Shown here one piece after another: positions 19,728-29,939 of a stretch of 64,000 bases of DNA. The position numbers and the translations under genes are program-made. The notes beneath the pieces were generated by a model, which did not search any database, had not been told where the DNA came from, and worked only from the letters and a program-made list of their open reading frames with translations. Numbering within the stretch: position 1 is the stretch's first letter; every line of letters starts with the position of its first letter. Source of the stretch: Patescibacteria group bacterium (GTDB lineage: Bacteria > Patescibacteriota > Patescibacteriia > SG8-24); assembly GCA_041667185.1 (NCBI GenBank), contig JBAYFM010000006.1, forward strand, positions 6,591 to 70,590, read 5' to 3'.

Positions 19728-20750
19728 ATGCCTATCCGCGTCGCCATCAACGGTTTCGGCCGCATCGGACGGAATACGCTCAAAGGAGCCTGGGGCCGGC
19801 TCAAGGATCTCGAATTCGTCGCTCTGAACGATCTCACCGACACCAAGACCCTGGCGCATCTCCTGAAGCACGACACTTCTTACGGCGCCTGGGACCGCGA
19901 GGTGAGTTACGACGAGAAGAATCTCATCGTCGACGGCAAGAAGATCCCGGTCTTCGCCGAGAAGGATCCGGCGCTGCTGCCGTGGGCCAAACTCCGCGTC
20001 GACGTGGTGCTCGAATGCACCGGCCGGTTCACGAGCGAGGAGAAAGCCTCGACGCATCTCAAGGCCGGCGCCCGGCTCGTCATCCTGTCCGCTCCGGCCA
20101 AGGGCGGCAACGTGCCGACTTATGTGCTCGGCGTGAACGCCGACGGCAAGACCAAGTTCGGCAAGGAGAAGATCATCAATAACGCTTCCTGCACCACGAA
20201 CTGCATCGCGCCGGTGGCCAAGGTCATCGAGGACACCTTCGGCGTCAAGCGCGCTTTCATGACGACCGTCCACGGCTACACCGCCGATCAGAATCTCCAG
20301 GACGGGCCGCACAAGGATCTGCGCCGCGCGCGGGCCGCGGCCGCGAACATCGTGCCGACTTCGACCGGAGCGGCCATCGCCGTCACGGAGTGCATTCCGG
20401 CGATGACGGGCATCTTCGACGGGCTCGCCATCCGCGTCCCGGTGCCGGTGGTCTCGCTCGCGGATTTCACGTTCCTGCTCAAGAAGAAGACGACCGTCGA
20501 GGAGGTCAACGCGGCGCTGAAGAAAGCCGCGGCCGGACCCATGAAGGGCGTGCTCGCCGTGACCGACGAACCGCTGGTCTCTTCGGATTTCATCCGTAAC
20601 AACAATTCCGGCATCGTTGATCTGAAACTGACCAAGGTCATGGAGGGCGACTTCCTGAAGGTCATCGCCTGGTACGACAACGAGTGGGGTTATTCGATGC
20701 GGCTCGCCGATATGGCGCAGCTCTACGCGTCGAAGATGCTCAAGAATTGA
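19728..20750 (+). CDS. gap: glyceraldehyde-3-phosphate dehydrogenase
   Basis: INGFGRIGR Rossmann N-terminus and the ASCTTNCIAP active-site Cys; 340 aa. Confidence 0.93.
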   Translation: MPIRVAINGFGRIGRNTLKGAWGRLKDLEFVALNDLTDTKTLAHLLKHDTSYGAWDREVSYDEKNLIVDGKKIPVFAEKDPALLPWAKLRVDVVLECTGRFTSEEKASTHLKAGARLVILSAPAKGGNVPTYVLGVNADGKTKFGKEKIINNASCTTNCIAPVAKVIEDTFGVKRAFMTTVHGYTADQNLQDGPHKDLRRARAAAANIVPTSTGAAIAVTECIPAMTGIFDGLAIRVPVPVVSLADFTFLLKKKTTVEEVNAALKKAAAGPMKGVLAVTDEPLVSSDFIRNNNSGIVDLKLTKVMEGDFLKVIAWYDNEWGYSMRLADMAQLYASKMLKN

Positions 20751-20760
20751 GTCCAAGACC

Positions 20761-21675
20761 GTGTCTGCCCGGGTCGCGACATGGCTGTTCGACGGGGTCA
20801 CCGCTGTTCTGCTGGCGGCGATCCCGTTGTATTTTTGGTCCTTGCGCGGGCGCTGGGCGAAGATCCCGCTTCGGGGGCGTTACGTCCTTTTCGCGGGAGC
20901 GCTCGGGTTTCTTTGGCTGGCGGTTTTTTACGGCAGTTTCATCGAGCCGAAAATGCTCACGGTCAGGACTTACGAGGTCAGCGCTGGTTCCGGTTCCGAC
21001 AAGATCTCGCTCGCGGTCGTGAGCGATCTGCATCTCGGCGTCTACAAAGGACGCGCCTGGACGGAGCGCGTCGTGCGCCGGATCAACGAACTCAAACCTG
21101 ACGTCATCCTGCTCGCCGGCGACTTCGCCGCCAACCAGGCCGGACTCGAAGCTCTCGAACCGTTCCGCGATCTCCGGGCGAAAGACGGCGTGTACGCCGT
21201 GCTCGGCAATATTGATTATGAGATCGGCGGCGTGGATATCCGCCGCCGCATCGAGTCCTACGGTATTGAGGTGTTGACCAACGAATCGGTGCGGCTGGGC
21301 GACAGCGAGCGCGAGGTGCGACTGATCGGACTCGATGATCTGAAATACGGCCATCCGGATTGGGAAGCGGCGCTGGCGGAGGTTCCGGCCGGAGCGTTCA
21401 CGATCCTCGCGGCCCATAATCCGAACGCGGTCCAGCGGGCGGAGACTCTCGGCCTCGACGTCGTCGTCTCCGGACACACGCATGGCGGTCAGATCCGGCT
21501 GCCCTTCATCGGGCCGCTGGCTCCGCTGCCGACCAGACTCGGCCGGCGTTTCGACCGCGGCCTCTTCGATTACGGACCTGTCAGCCTGCTCATCACGCCC
21601 GGAGCGGGGGAGACCGGCACCCGCGCCCGCCTCCTCTGTCCGCCCGAAATCTCGGTCCTGGAGATCTCTTATTGA
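20761..21675 (+). CDS. membrane-anchored calcineurin-like metallophosphoesterase
   Basis: VVSDLHLG, LAGDF, GNIDYE and GHTHGGQ motifs; N-terminal TM helices; GTG start. Confidence 0.7.
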   Translation: MSARVATWLFDGVTAVLLAAIPLYFWSLRGRWAKIPLRGRYVLFAGALGFLWLAVFYGSFIEPKMLTVRTYEVSAGSGSDKISLAVVSDLHLGVYKGRAWTERVVRRINELKPDVILLAGDFAANQAGLEALEPFRDLRAKDGVYAVLGNIDYEIGGVDIRRRIESYGIEVLTNESVRLGDSEREVRLIGLDDLKYGHPDWEAALAEVPAGAFTILAAHNPNAVQRAETLGLDVVVSGHTHGGQIRLPFIGPLAPLPTRLGRRFDRGLFDYGPVSLLITPGAGETGTRARLLCPPEISVLEISY

Positions 21676-21753
21676 TGCCTCCCGGCCGCGGTTAGAGCCG
21701 CCGGGCCGGATGTGTTATAATTGAAAAGCTTAAGTACTCTTCCGTGAATTTTT

Positions 21754-22947
21754 ATGAAACTCGCCGTCGTGGCCGATCTTAAGAAATTGGCCGGCAAACG
21801 CGTCTTGGTCCGCGTGGACTTCAACATCCCTCTCGGCCCGAAAGGCCGGATCGAACCAGCCGAAGGAGCCAAGATTCAGGCCACGCTTCCGACCGTGGAA
21901 TACCTGGTCCGCGCGAACGCCAAAGTCATCCTGGTCTCGCATCTGGGCCGGCCGCAGGGCTGCGAGCCGAAATATTCGCTGGCGCCGATCGCTAAGTATC
22001 TCGCCAAGCTGCTGGATCGTCCGGTCAGGTTCATTGATGATTGTCTGGAAGATGATGCCGACCAGGTCGCCAAGAAATTGGCGCAGCTTCAGGACGGCGA
22101 GGTCGCACTGCTCGAAAACATCCGGTATTACCCCGAGGAGGAGAAGAACGATGCTAGGTTCGCCAAGCGGTTGGCTGGTCTCGCCGACATTTTCGTGAAC
22201 GATGCTTTCGCGACTTGCCATCGCGCCCACGCTTCGACCGCCGGCGTGACGAAGTTCCTGCCGAGCTATGCCGGCCTGCTCGTCGAGAAGGAAGTGGTGA
22301 GTCTCGACAAACTGCTCAAGAAGCCGAAGAAACCGTTCTATGTGCTCATGGGCGGCGCCAAGATCTCGTCGAAACTTCCGACGCTCGAGAAGATGCTCCA
22401 GACGGCCGACAAGGTTTTTGTCGGCGGCGGCATGGCCAACAGTTTCTTCAAGGCCCGGGGTTACGGCATCGGCAAGTCGAAAGTCGAGCCGGAGGAGGTC
22501 AGGTTCGCCAAGAAGCTCCTGAAGAACAAGAGACTGATCCTACCGGTTGACGTGCTCGCGGCTTCGGCGCTCAAGGAAAATGCCGCGGTCCGCGTGGCCA
22601 AGCCCGATGACGTGCGCCCGAACGAGTACATCGTCGATATCGGCACGCAGACGATGCGCGACTTCGCGCTCGAACTGAAGAAAGCCAGGACGCTCGTCTG
22701 GAACGGACCGGTCGGCCTCTTCGAGATCCGCAAGTTCAGCCACGGCTCGATCATCCTCGGCCGCGTCATCGCGGCGCATTCGCGCGGCCGCGCTTTCGGC
22801 GTCGTCGGCGGCGGCGAGACGATCGTCTGCCTGGAACGGACCGGCATGGCCGAGTACGTCGACCACATCTCGACCGGCGGCGGCGCGATGCTGGAGTACC
22901 TGTCCGGCAAGGTCTTGCCGGGGATCAAACCCTTATTGCATAAATAA
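21754..22947 (+). CDS. pgk: phosphoglycerate kinase
   Basis: VRVDFNIPL N-terminus, GGGMANSF and GGGA hinge motifs; 397 aa. Confidence 0.93.
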   Translation: MKLAVVADLKKLAGKRVLVRVDFNIPLGPKGRIEPAEGAKIQATLPTVEYLVRANAKVILVSHLGRPQGCEPKYSLAPIAKYLAKLLDRPVRFIDDCLEDDADQVAKKLAQLQDGEVALLENIRYYPEEEKNDARFAKRLAGLADIFVNDAFATCHRAHASTAGVTKFLPSYAGLLVEKEVVSLDKLLKKPKKPFYVLMGGAKISSKLPTLEKMLQTADKVFVGGGMANSFFKARGYGIGKSKVEPEEVRFAKKLLKNKRLILPVDVLAASALKENAAVRVAKPDDVRPNEYIVDIGTQTMRDFALELKKARTLVWNGPVGLFEIRKFSHGSIILGRVIAAHSRGRAFGVVGGGETIVCLERTGMAEYVDHISTGGGAMLEYLSGKVLPGIKPLLHK

Positions 22948-22967
22948 CGGCTTAACCAAGCTCGAAT

Positions 22968-23750
22968 ATGGACATGAATAATGACAAGATCGGCTGCTGC
23001 CGCTGCAAGGGAAAAGCGCCCATGATGATCGCTGCGCTGCTGATGCTGGCGCTCACGGCTTGGCTCGGGCTCAAGGCCAGGAATGCCTGGCGCGAATACG
23101 AGTTCATCGGCGTGCCGATCGAGCGGCACACGTTCACGATCGCGGGCGAGGGCCGCGTCTCGGTCATTCCGGACATCGCCAAGATCGAGATCGGCAATGT
23201 GGTCGAACGGCCGACGGTCGGCGCGGCGCAGAAAGAGAACACGCGGATCATGAATGCGTTCAACGAGAAACTGGATTCGTTCGGCGTCGTCAAGGCCGAC
23301 GTCCAGACCTCGAACTATTCCATCCAGCCGGTCTACGATTGGAATGACGGCAGACAGCTCTTGCGCGGCTACCAGGTGGCGCAGAATCTGCGGCTGAAGA
23401 TCCGCAACCTCGACAACGTCGGCGACATCATCGGCGCCGCCGGCACGCTTGGCGCCAATCAGATCGGCGGCATCGAGTTCACGGTCGACGAACCGGAGGC
23501 GGTCAAAGAGCAGGCGCGGGTCAAGGCGCTAGAGAACGCCAAGAGCAAGGCCGACGCCCTGTCCAAGGTCGTGGGCGTCGAGATCGTTCGGGTCATCTCT
23601 TTCAGCGAGAACTCCACCGAGCCGATCTATAACCGGCCGTATTTCGCCGACAAGGCCATGGCCGTCGGCGGCGCGCCAGCTGCGCCGGACATTCAGGCCG
23701 GCAGCGCGGAGTACGTCATCAATGTCGACGTGACTTACGAGATCCGCTAA
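22968..23750 (+). CDS. SIMPL/DUF541 family protein (membrane-anchored)
   Basis: A TM anchor then a domain with [10 protein letters not shown]...[11 protein letters not shown]...[10 protein letters not shown] typical of the SIMPL / 26-kDa periplasmic immunogenic protein family. Confidence 0.55.
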   Translation: MDMNNDKIGCCRCKGKAPMMIAALLMLALTAWLGLKARNAWREYEFIGVPIERHTFTIAGEGRVSVIPDIAKIEIGNVVERPTVGAAQKENTRIMNAFNEKLDSFGVVKADVQTSNYSIQPVYDWNDGRQLLRGYQVAQNLRLKIRNLDNVGDIIGAAGTLGANQIGGIEFTVDEPEAVKEQARVKALENAKSKADALSKVVGVEIVRVISFSENSTEPIYNRPYFADKAMAVGGAPAAPDIQAGSAEYVINVDVTYEIR

Positions 23751-23767
23751 GTGCTGATCATCATCTT

Positions 23768-25027
23768 ATGGCTAACAAGATCAAGGACATCAGGGCGAGG
23801 GAAATTCTCGATTCGCGCGGCAATCCGACGCTCGCGGTGAAGGTCGAAGTCGAAGGCGGATTCTTCGGCGCCGCTTCGGTGCCGTCCGGCGCTTCGACCG
23901 GCGTCCATGAGGCGCTCGAACTCCGCGACGGCGACAAGAAACGCTACGGCGGCCAGGGCGTGCTCAAAGCCGTCGAGAACGTCAACAAGATCATCGGACC
24001 GAAGCTGCGCGGCATGGACGTCACTCTGCAGCGCAAGATCGACGACGCGATGCTCGGCCTCGACGGCACGGAGAACAAGTCCAAGCTCGGCGCCAACGCC
24101 ATCCTGGGCATCTCGCTCGCGTGCGCCCGCGCCGGCGCCGCCGTCCGCGGCGTCCCGCTCTACGTCTACCTGCGCTCGGTCTACGGCATCGATCGCAAGG
24201 GGTTCGAACTGCCGCTGCCGATGATGAACATCCTGAACGGCGGCCGGCACGCCGATTTCGCGATCGACTTCCAGGAATGCATGATCATCCCGAAGATGAA
24301 GAGATTCGCGGAACGCGTCCGCGCCGGCAGCGAGATCTTCCATGCGCTCGGCAAGATCCTGAAGAAGAAGGGCTACGTCACTTCGGTGGGCGACGAAGGC
24401 GGCTTCGCGCCGCGCCTCGCCTCGAACGAAGAAGCGTTCGAACTCATCCTCGACGCGATCGAGGACGCCGGTTACGCTCCAGGCAAGGACGTGGCGCTCG
24501 GCGCCGACGTGGCGGCTTCGGAGTTCTATGACGAGGACAAGAAAGTCTACAACCTGAATGTCGAAAAGAAGGTCCTGGCTCCGGCCGAGCTCATCAAGCT
24601 GTACGAGAAGTGGCTGGCCAAATATCCGTTCATCCTCATCGAGGACGGTCTGGCCGAGGATGACTGGGAGAACTGGGAGGACCTGACCGCTAAGCTCGGC
24701 AAGAAGCTGGCGCTCATCGGCGACGATCTCTTCGTCACGAACGTCAAGCGTCTGGAGATGGGCATCAATCGCAAAGTCGGCAACGCCATCCTGATCAAGG
24801 TCAACCAGATCGGTTCGCTCTCCGAGACCATGGATACGATCATGCTGGCTCAGCAGAACAAGTACAAAGTCGCCATCTCGCACCGTTCCGGCGAGACCGC
24901 GGATACCTTCATCGCCGATCTCGCGGTGGCGGTCGGGGCCGAATTCATCAAGACCGGCAGCCTGTCGCGGAGCGAACGGCTGGAGAAGTACAACCGGCTC
25001 ATGGAGATCGAAGAGGAGATCGCCTGA
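23768..25027 (+). CDS. eno: enolase
   Basis: [26 protein letters not shown]-like [20 protein letters not shown]. Confidence 0.95.
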   Translation: MANKIKDIRAREILDSRGNPTLAVKVEVEGGFFGAASVPSGASTGVHEALELRDGDKKRYGGQGVLKAVENVNKIIGPKLRGMDVTLQRKIDDAMLGLDGTENKSKLGANAILGISLACARAGAAVRGVPLYVYLRSVYGIDRKGFELPLPMMNILNGGRHADFAIDFQECMIIPKMKRFAERVRAGSEIFHALGKILKKKGYVTSVGDEGGFAPRLASNEEAFELILDAIEDAGYAPGKDVALGADVAASEFYDEDKKVYNLNVEKKVLAPAELIKLYEKWLAKYPFILIEDGLAEDDWENWEDLTAKLGKKLALIGDDLFVTNVKRLEMGINRKVGNAILIKVNQIGSLSETMDTIMLAQQNKYKVAISHRSGETADTFIADLAVAVGAEFIKTGSLSRSERLEKYNRLMEIEEEIA

Positions 25028-25166
25028 CCGCTGACAACCGGATCAATCAACCGCCTCCCGCGCCAGCAGGGGGCGGTTTTAGCTTAATTAAGGCTAATCT
25101 TGATCTTCGGTGGTCGGGAGCTTCATTTTTGGCTCTCTTACTTGTATAATTTCTACCACGCCCATT

Positions 25167-26738
25167 ATGACCACCAAAAAAATCGCCGCCGCTAAAATTC
25201 CGCCCGTCGTTCTGGCTGTCATTGATGGCTGGGGCTTGGCACCGCCAGGCCGGGGTAACGCAATCTCGCTCTCCAAGACGCCGAACTTGGACGCTTTGTT
25301 CGGCAAATATCCGCATTCCCAGCTCATGGCGCACGGCCGTTACGTCGGCCTGCTGCCCGACCAGGAAGGCAACTCCGAGGCCGGCCACATGAACATCGGC
25401 GCCGGCCGGATCGTCCGGCAAGATATTTCTTATGTCACCGAGGCGATCAAGGATCGCACTTTTTTCAAGAATACCGCTTTCAAGGAGGTCCTGAAGCACG
25501 CCAAGAAATACGGCACCACGGTTCATCTCATGGGCTTGCTTTCGAACGGCAACAGCGCTCATGCCTGTCCGGAGCATCTTTACGCCCTGTTGGAATTTTG
25601 CCGCGACGAAGGCATTGACCGGGTGTTGCTGCATCTCTTCACCGACGGCCGCGATTCGCCGCCGTTCTCGGCCACGCGGCTCCTGCATGATCTCGAGAAA
25701 CGGCTGTATCCGAACCAGCAGATCGCCACGGTCATGGGCCGCTTTTACGCCATGGACCGCAACAAGCGCTGGCCGCGCATCGAGCTGGCTTATAATGCCA
25801 TCGTCTGCGGCGAAGGCCTCGTGGCGGCGAACGCCCACGCAGCCATCCTGCACGGCTACAATCGCGGCGAGTCCGACGAATTCATCTTGCCGACCGTGAT
25901 GGTGGGCGAGGACAAGCGGCCGATCGGCGGCGTCCACGACAATGACGTCGTCATTTTCTTCAACCTGCGCAGCGATCGCGCCCGCGAACTGACCAAGGCT
26001 TTCGTGCAGAAGGATTTCGAACAGCGTTCCGAAGGCGTCTTCAAGCGCAAGTGCGTGCCGCGCAACACCCGCTTCGCGGTGATGGCGGATTTCGGACCTG
26101 ATCTGCCGCATGTCTTCACCGCGTTCCCCAGCCGCGACATCCAGCTCGGCCTCACCGAGGTGCTCGCGCCAGTGCGGCAGTTCTACATCGCCGAATCCGA
26201 GAAATACGCGCACGTGACCTACTTCTTCAACGGCGGCTTCGCCGACCCGCGCGTCGGCGAGGAGCGGATGCGCGTGCCGTCGCCTTTCGTGGCCCATTAC
26301 GATTCCAAACCGGAGATGCGCGCCATGACCATCGCCGGCGAAGTGGCGCGCCGGGTGCGGTCCGGACTCCATGATTTTACCGTCTTGAATCTCGCCAATC
26401 TCGACATGGTCGGACACACCGGCAATCTGTCCGCGACCATCAAGGCTGTGGAGACGGTCGATCATTGCATCGGGATCATCGCCGAAGCGGTGCTGGAGAA
26501 AAAAGGCCACCTGATACTCACCGGCGATCACGGCAACGCCGAACTCATGATCAATCCCGAGACTGGCGAACTCATGACCGAACATACCGCGAATCCGGTG
26601 CCGTTCCTGCTCGTGAGCGATGTTTTCCGCAAGGCCAAGATCGGCGACGGGATGCTGGCCGATGTCGCGCCGACCATCCTTGATATCATGCATATCCCCA
26701 AACCGGTCGAAATGTCGGGATTTTCGCTTCTCCGCTGA
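25167..26738 (+). CDS. gpmI: 2,3-bisphosphoglycerate-independent phosphoglycerate mutase (copy 1)
   Basis: VIDGWG, GNSEAGHMNIGAGR (catalytic Ser), and a C-terminal GDHGNAE transferase domain. Confidence 0.9.
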   Translation: MTTKKIAAAKIPPVVLAVIDGWGLAPPGRGNAISLSKTPNLDALFGKYPHSQLMAHGRYVGLLPDQEGNSEAGHMNIGAGRIVRQDISYVTEAIKDRTFFKNTAFKEVLKHAKKYGTTVHLMGLLSNGNSAHACPEHLYALLEFCRDEGIDRVLLHLFTDGRDSPPFSATRLLHDLEKRLYPNQQIATVMGRFYAMDRNKRWPRIELAYNAIVCGEGLVAANAHAAILHGYNRGESDEFILPTVMVGEDKRPIGGVHDNDVVIFFNLRSDRARELTKAFVQKDFEQRSEGVFKRKCVPRNTRFAVMADFGPDLPHVFTAFPSRDIQLGLTEVLAPVRQFYIAESEKYAHVTYFFNGGFADPRVGEERMRVPSPFVAHYDSKPEMRAMTIAGEVARRVRSGLHDFTVLNLANLDMVGHTGNLSATIKAVETVDHCIGIIAEAVLEKKGHLILTGDHGNAELMINPETGELMTEHTANPVPFLLVSDVFRKAKIGDGMLADVAPTILDIMHIPKPVEMSGFSLLR

Positions 26739-26747
26739 CGCAATTTT

Positions 26748-28334
26748 ATGCCCGAAGGCGTACCGAAACCGGTCCTGCTGCTGGTGCTCGATGGTTGGGG
26801 CGTGGCCCCGGCCGGCGAAGGCAATCCCGTTGAGGCCGCCGAGACCCCGGTCTTCGACGACTTGGTCCGTACTTATCCGACCGCGACCGTGCGCGCTTCC
26901 GGCGAAGCCGTCGGTTTGTCTTGGGGCGAGATGGGCAACTCCGAGGTCGGCCATCTGACGATCGGCGCGGGCAAGATCTTCTACCAGTCGCTGCCGCGCA
27001 TCAACATGCAGATCCAGACCGGGGCGTTCTTCGAGAACGACGTCCTGATCAAGGCTGCCGAACACGCCAAGAAGAACAATTCAGCGTTCCATATCATGGG
27101 CATCCTGAGTCCGGGCAACGTCCACGGTTCGGACGAGCACATCTATGCGCTGCTCGAATTCGCCAAGCGTCAGGGACTCACCAAGGTCTTCGTGCACGCG
27201 TTCATGGACGGTCGTGATTCCATCTTCAACATGGGCATCGAGTTCATGCGCGCACTGCAGAAGAAGATGACCGAGCTCGGCGTCGGGCGCGTCGCCTCGA
27301 TGGGCGGCCGTTACTGGGGCATGGACCGCGATAACCGCTGGGACCGGGTCGAGAAAGCCTACAATGCCATCGTCGGCAAGGACGGCGTCGCCAAAAAATA
27401 CGAAGATCCGATCAAGGCCATCGAGGAATCTTACGCCGCCAAGGTCTACGACGAAGAGATCGAGCCGGCCATCTTCACCGAGGGTGGCCAGCCGGTCGGT
27501 CCCGTCAAAGACGGCGACGCTCTGGTCTTCGCGAATTATCGTCCGGACCGTTCGCGCCAGATCGCGCAGGCGTTCTGCATCCCGTCGTTCGCCAAGTTCC
27601 AGCGCGACTACCTGCCCAACCTGTATTTCGCCACGATGATGGAATACGAGAAGGGGACGCCGGCCAAGATCATGTATCCGCCGGAGAACATCGACACCTG
27701 TCTCGCCAAGATCGTCTCGGAAGCCGGCTTGAAGCAGCTGCATATCGCCGAGACGGAAAAATACGCGCACGTCACGTTCTTCATGAACGGCATGCGCGAG
27801 GAGCCGTATCCGGGCGAGGATCGCGTGATCATCCCGTCGCCGCGCGTCTCGTCCTATGATCAGGCACCGGCCATGTCCACGCCAAAGATCGCCGAGCGCA
27901 TCGTCAAGGAATTTGAGGAGAAGAAATACGACCTGATCGTCTGTAATTTCGCGAACGCCGACATGGTCGGGCACACTGGTAAGTTCGAAGCCACCAAACA
28001 GGGCTGCGAGGTCATCGATCAGTGCTTGGGGACGATCGTGAACGCGGCGCTGCAGCACGGCGGCGCGATCGTGATCACGGCCGACCACGGCAACGGCGAG
28101 GAGGTCATCAACCTGCAGACCGGCGAGCTCGACAAAGAGCACAGCACCAATCCCGTGCCGTTCATCGTCGTCGCCGAGAGTTTCCGCGGCCAGGCGTCGC
28201 CGTCGGGCGAGGTGATCGGCGGCGATCTTTCGATCATGCCGCCGGTCGGCATGTTGGCCGATGCGGCGCCGACGGTCCTGAAACTGCTGGGCGTGCCGCA
28301 ACCGAAGGAATTGACCGGCTCGCCGCTCATTTAG
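26748..28334 (+). CDS. gpmI: 2,3-bisphosphoglycerate-independent phosphoglycerate mutase (tandem paralog, copy 2)
   Basis: VLDGWG, GNSEVGHLTIGAGK, ADHGNGE. Same architecture as copy 1, ~40% identity. Confidence 0.88.
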   Translation: MPEGVPKPVLLLVLDGWGVAPAGEGNPVEAAETPVFDDLVRTYPTATVRASGEAVGLSWGEMGNSEVGHLTIGAGKIFYQSLPRINMQIQTGAFFENDVLIKAAEHAKKNNSAFHIMGILSPGNVHGSDEHIYALLEFAKRQGLTKVFVHAFMDGRDSIFNMGIEFMRALQKKMTELGVGRVASMGGRYWGMDRDNRWDRVEKAYNAIVGKDGVAKKYEDPIKAIEESYAAKVYDEEIEPAIFTEGGQPVGPVKDGDALVFANYRPDRSRQIAQAFCIPSFAKFQRDYLPNLYFATMMEYEKGTPAKIMYPPENIDTCLAKIVSEAGLKQLHIAETEKYAHVTFFMNGMREEPYPGEDRVIIPSPRVSSYDQAPAMSTPKIAERIVKEFEEKKYDLIVCNFANADMVGHTGKFEATKQGCEVIDQCLGTIVNAALQHGGAIVITADHGNGEEVINLQTGELDKEHSTNPVPFIVVAESFRGQASPSGEVIGGDLSIMPPVGMLADAAPTVLKLLGVPQPKELTGSPLI

Positions 28335-28418
28335 AGTTGGGGAGTCAGGGAGAGGCGAAGCGGGGGAGATCGAGTCTCTCCCTGACCCCGTCTCTCCCTG
28401 ACTCCGTCTCTCGCATTT
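28335..28418. repeat. dispersed repeat element (copy R4)
   Basis: ggggagtcagggagag...ctctccctgaccccgtctctccctgactccgtctctc. Confidence 0.7.
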
Positions 28419-29246
28419 ATGCCCGAATTACCCGAAGTCGAGACCATCCGCCGCCAGTTGGAAAAAGAGGCCGTCGGTCGGCGCATCAAAGGCGTTGATG
28501 TCCGTTTTTCCGGCCGGCTGAATGTGAAGCCGGCGGTTCTGGCCAAAGCTCTGGTCAGCTCCAGGATCATTGCCGCCCGCCGCCGCGCCAAGCTGCTGTT
28601 CGTGGATTTTTCGAGCGGCTGGACGCTCGTACTGCACCTGAAGATGACCGGGCGACTGCTGCTCGTGCCGGCCAAGACCCGGCCTGGCAAGCACGATCAT
28701 CTGGTGTTCCATCTGAACGGCGGGCGCGATCTTTTTTTCGAGGACGTGCGCAAGTTCGGTTATCAGAAACTCATCCGGACCGAGGAGGTCGAGGAGGCAA
28801 TCGTCGTGGCCGGCGATTACGGACCGGAACCGTTGGAGCCGGGATTCACGCTGGCGCGGTTCACAGGCTGCCTGCGCAAGTTCGGCCGCAAGAAGATCAA
28901 GCCGTCGCTCCTGGATCAGACCTGTCTCGCCGGGATCGGCAATATTTACGCCGACGAATCCCTGTGGCGCGCCCGGATCAGGCCGGAGCGCCGCGTCGCC
29001 ACGCTCGGACCGGCGGAGCTCAAGGCGCTCTATGCTGGCGTGCGGGACAGTCTGAAGATCTCGATCCGCAATCGCGGCACTTCGGCCGATGATTATCTGG
29101 ATCTGTACGGCAAAAAAGGCACGAACGAGGCCGCTCTCAAAGCGTACGGCCGCGAGGGCCTGAAGTGCCGCCGGTGTGGCGGCCTGATCGCCAAAGTGCG
29201 GCTGGCCGGCCGGGGCACGCATTATTGTCCGCGTTGCCAGAAATGA
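28419..29246 (+). CDS. mutM: formamidopyrimidine-DNA glycosylase
   Basis: MPELPEVE N-terminus (catalytic Pro2/Glu3) and a C-terminal CRRCGGLI...CPRCQ zinc finger. Confidence 0.9.
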   Translation: MPELPEVETIRRQLEKEAVGRRIKGVDVRFSGRLNVKPAVLAKALVSSRIIAARRRAKLLFVDFSSGWTLVLHLKMTGRLLLVPAKTRPGKHDHLVFHLNGGRDLFFEDVRKFGYQKLIRTEEVEEAIVVAGDYGPEPLEPGFTLARFTGCLRKFGRKKIKPSLLDQTCLAGIGNIYADESLWRARIRPERRVATLGPAELKALYAGVRDSLKISIRNRGTSADDYLDLYGKKGTNEAALKAYGREGLKCRRCGGLIAKVRLAGRGTHYCPRCQK

Positions 29247-29285
29247 ATTCATCCGGCGGCTAGACGTCCGCCTGACACTTGATCT

Positions 29286-29939
29286 ATGTTCATACCCGAC
29301 ACGCGCGCGTTCCGTTATCTCAATGATCTCGCCGGGCAGAACTCCATCCTCGACTGGGTCGGCATTTTTGCGGCTAAGTACCTGATCTTCATCATGCTGG
29401 GTTACGTGCTGGCCGCCGCAGCGCTCATCTACTGGCGGGAACATCAGCACCGGCGCGAACCGCTCCTCCGCAAGATCGGGGAGATGTTCTCGCGCCGCCA
29501 CGCGGAGCATTCGGCCGCCGCCGCGGTCGCCGCGGTCCGGGCCCTGGTCGCGGCCGCGTTGGCTTATGTGATCAACCAGCTGATCGCCATGGTCTGGTTC
29601 CGGCCGCGGCCGTTCGTGACCCTGCGCGCGGTCAATAAACTGACCGACACGCCGGCGACCGATAAATCTTTCCCGTCGGACCACACGGCGATCTCGTTCG
29701 CGCTGGCTTTTTCCGTCGTTTATACGAAACCGGCCGCCGGCGCGATCCTGTTCGTCGGAGCCGCGATCGTCGCTCTTGGCCGGGTCTTCGTCGGCGTCCA
29801 TTATCCGAGCGATATTCTCGCCGGCGCGGCCGTGGGCTGCTTTTCAGCCTGGGTGACGCGGCTGGCGGAGCTGCGTTTCCGCGGCTTGGCGCCGCTCAAG
29901 GAACAGCTCAAGAATCTCGGCCGCCGCGCCAAATTATGA
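29286..29939 (+). CDS. PAP2-family membrane phosphatase (undecaprenyl-diphosphatase-like)
   Basis: PAP2 motifs RPRPF, PSDH, GRVFVGVHYPSD; the stop overlaps the manC-like ATG (ATGA). Confidence 0.75.
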   Translation: MFIPDTRAFRYLNDLAGQNSILDWVGIFAAKYLIFIMLGYVLAAAALIYWREHQHRREPLLRKIGEMFSRRHAEHSAAAAVAAVRALVAAALAYVINQLIAMVWFRPRPFVTLRAVNKLTDTPATDKSFPSDHTAISFALAFSVVYTKPAAGAILFVGAAIVALGRVFVGVHYPSDILAGAAVGCFSAWVTRLAELRFRGLAPLKEQLKNLGRRAKL

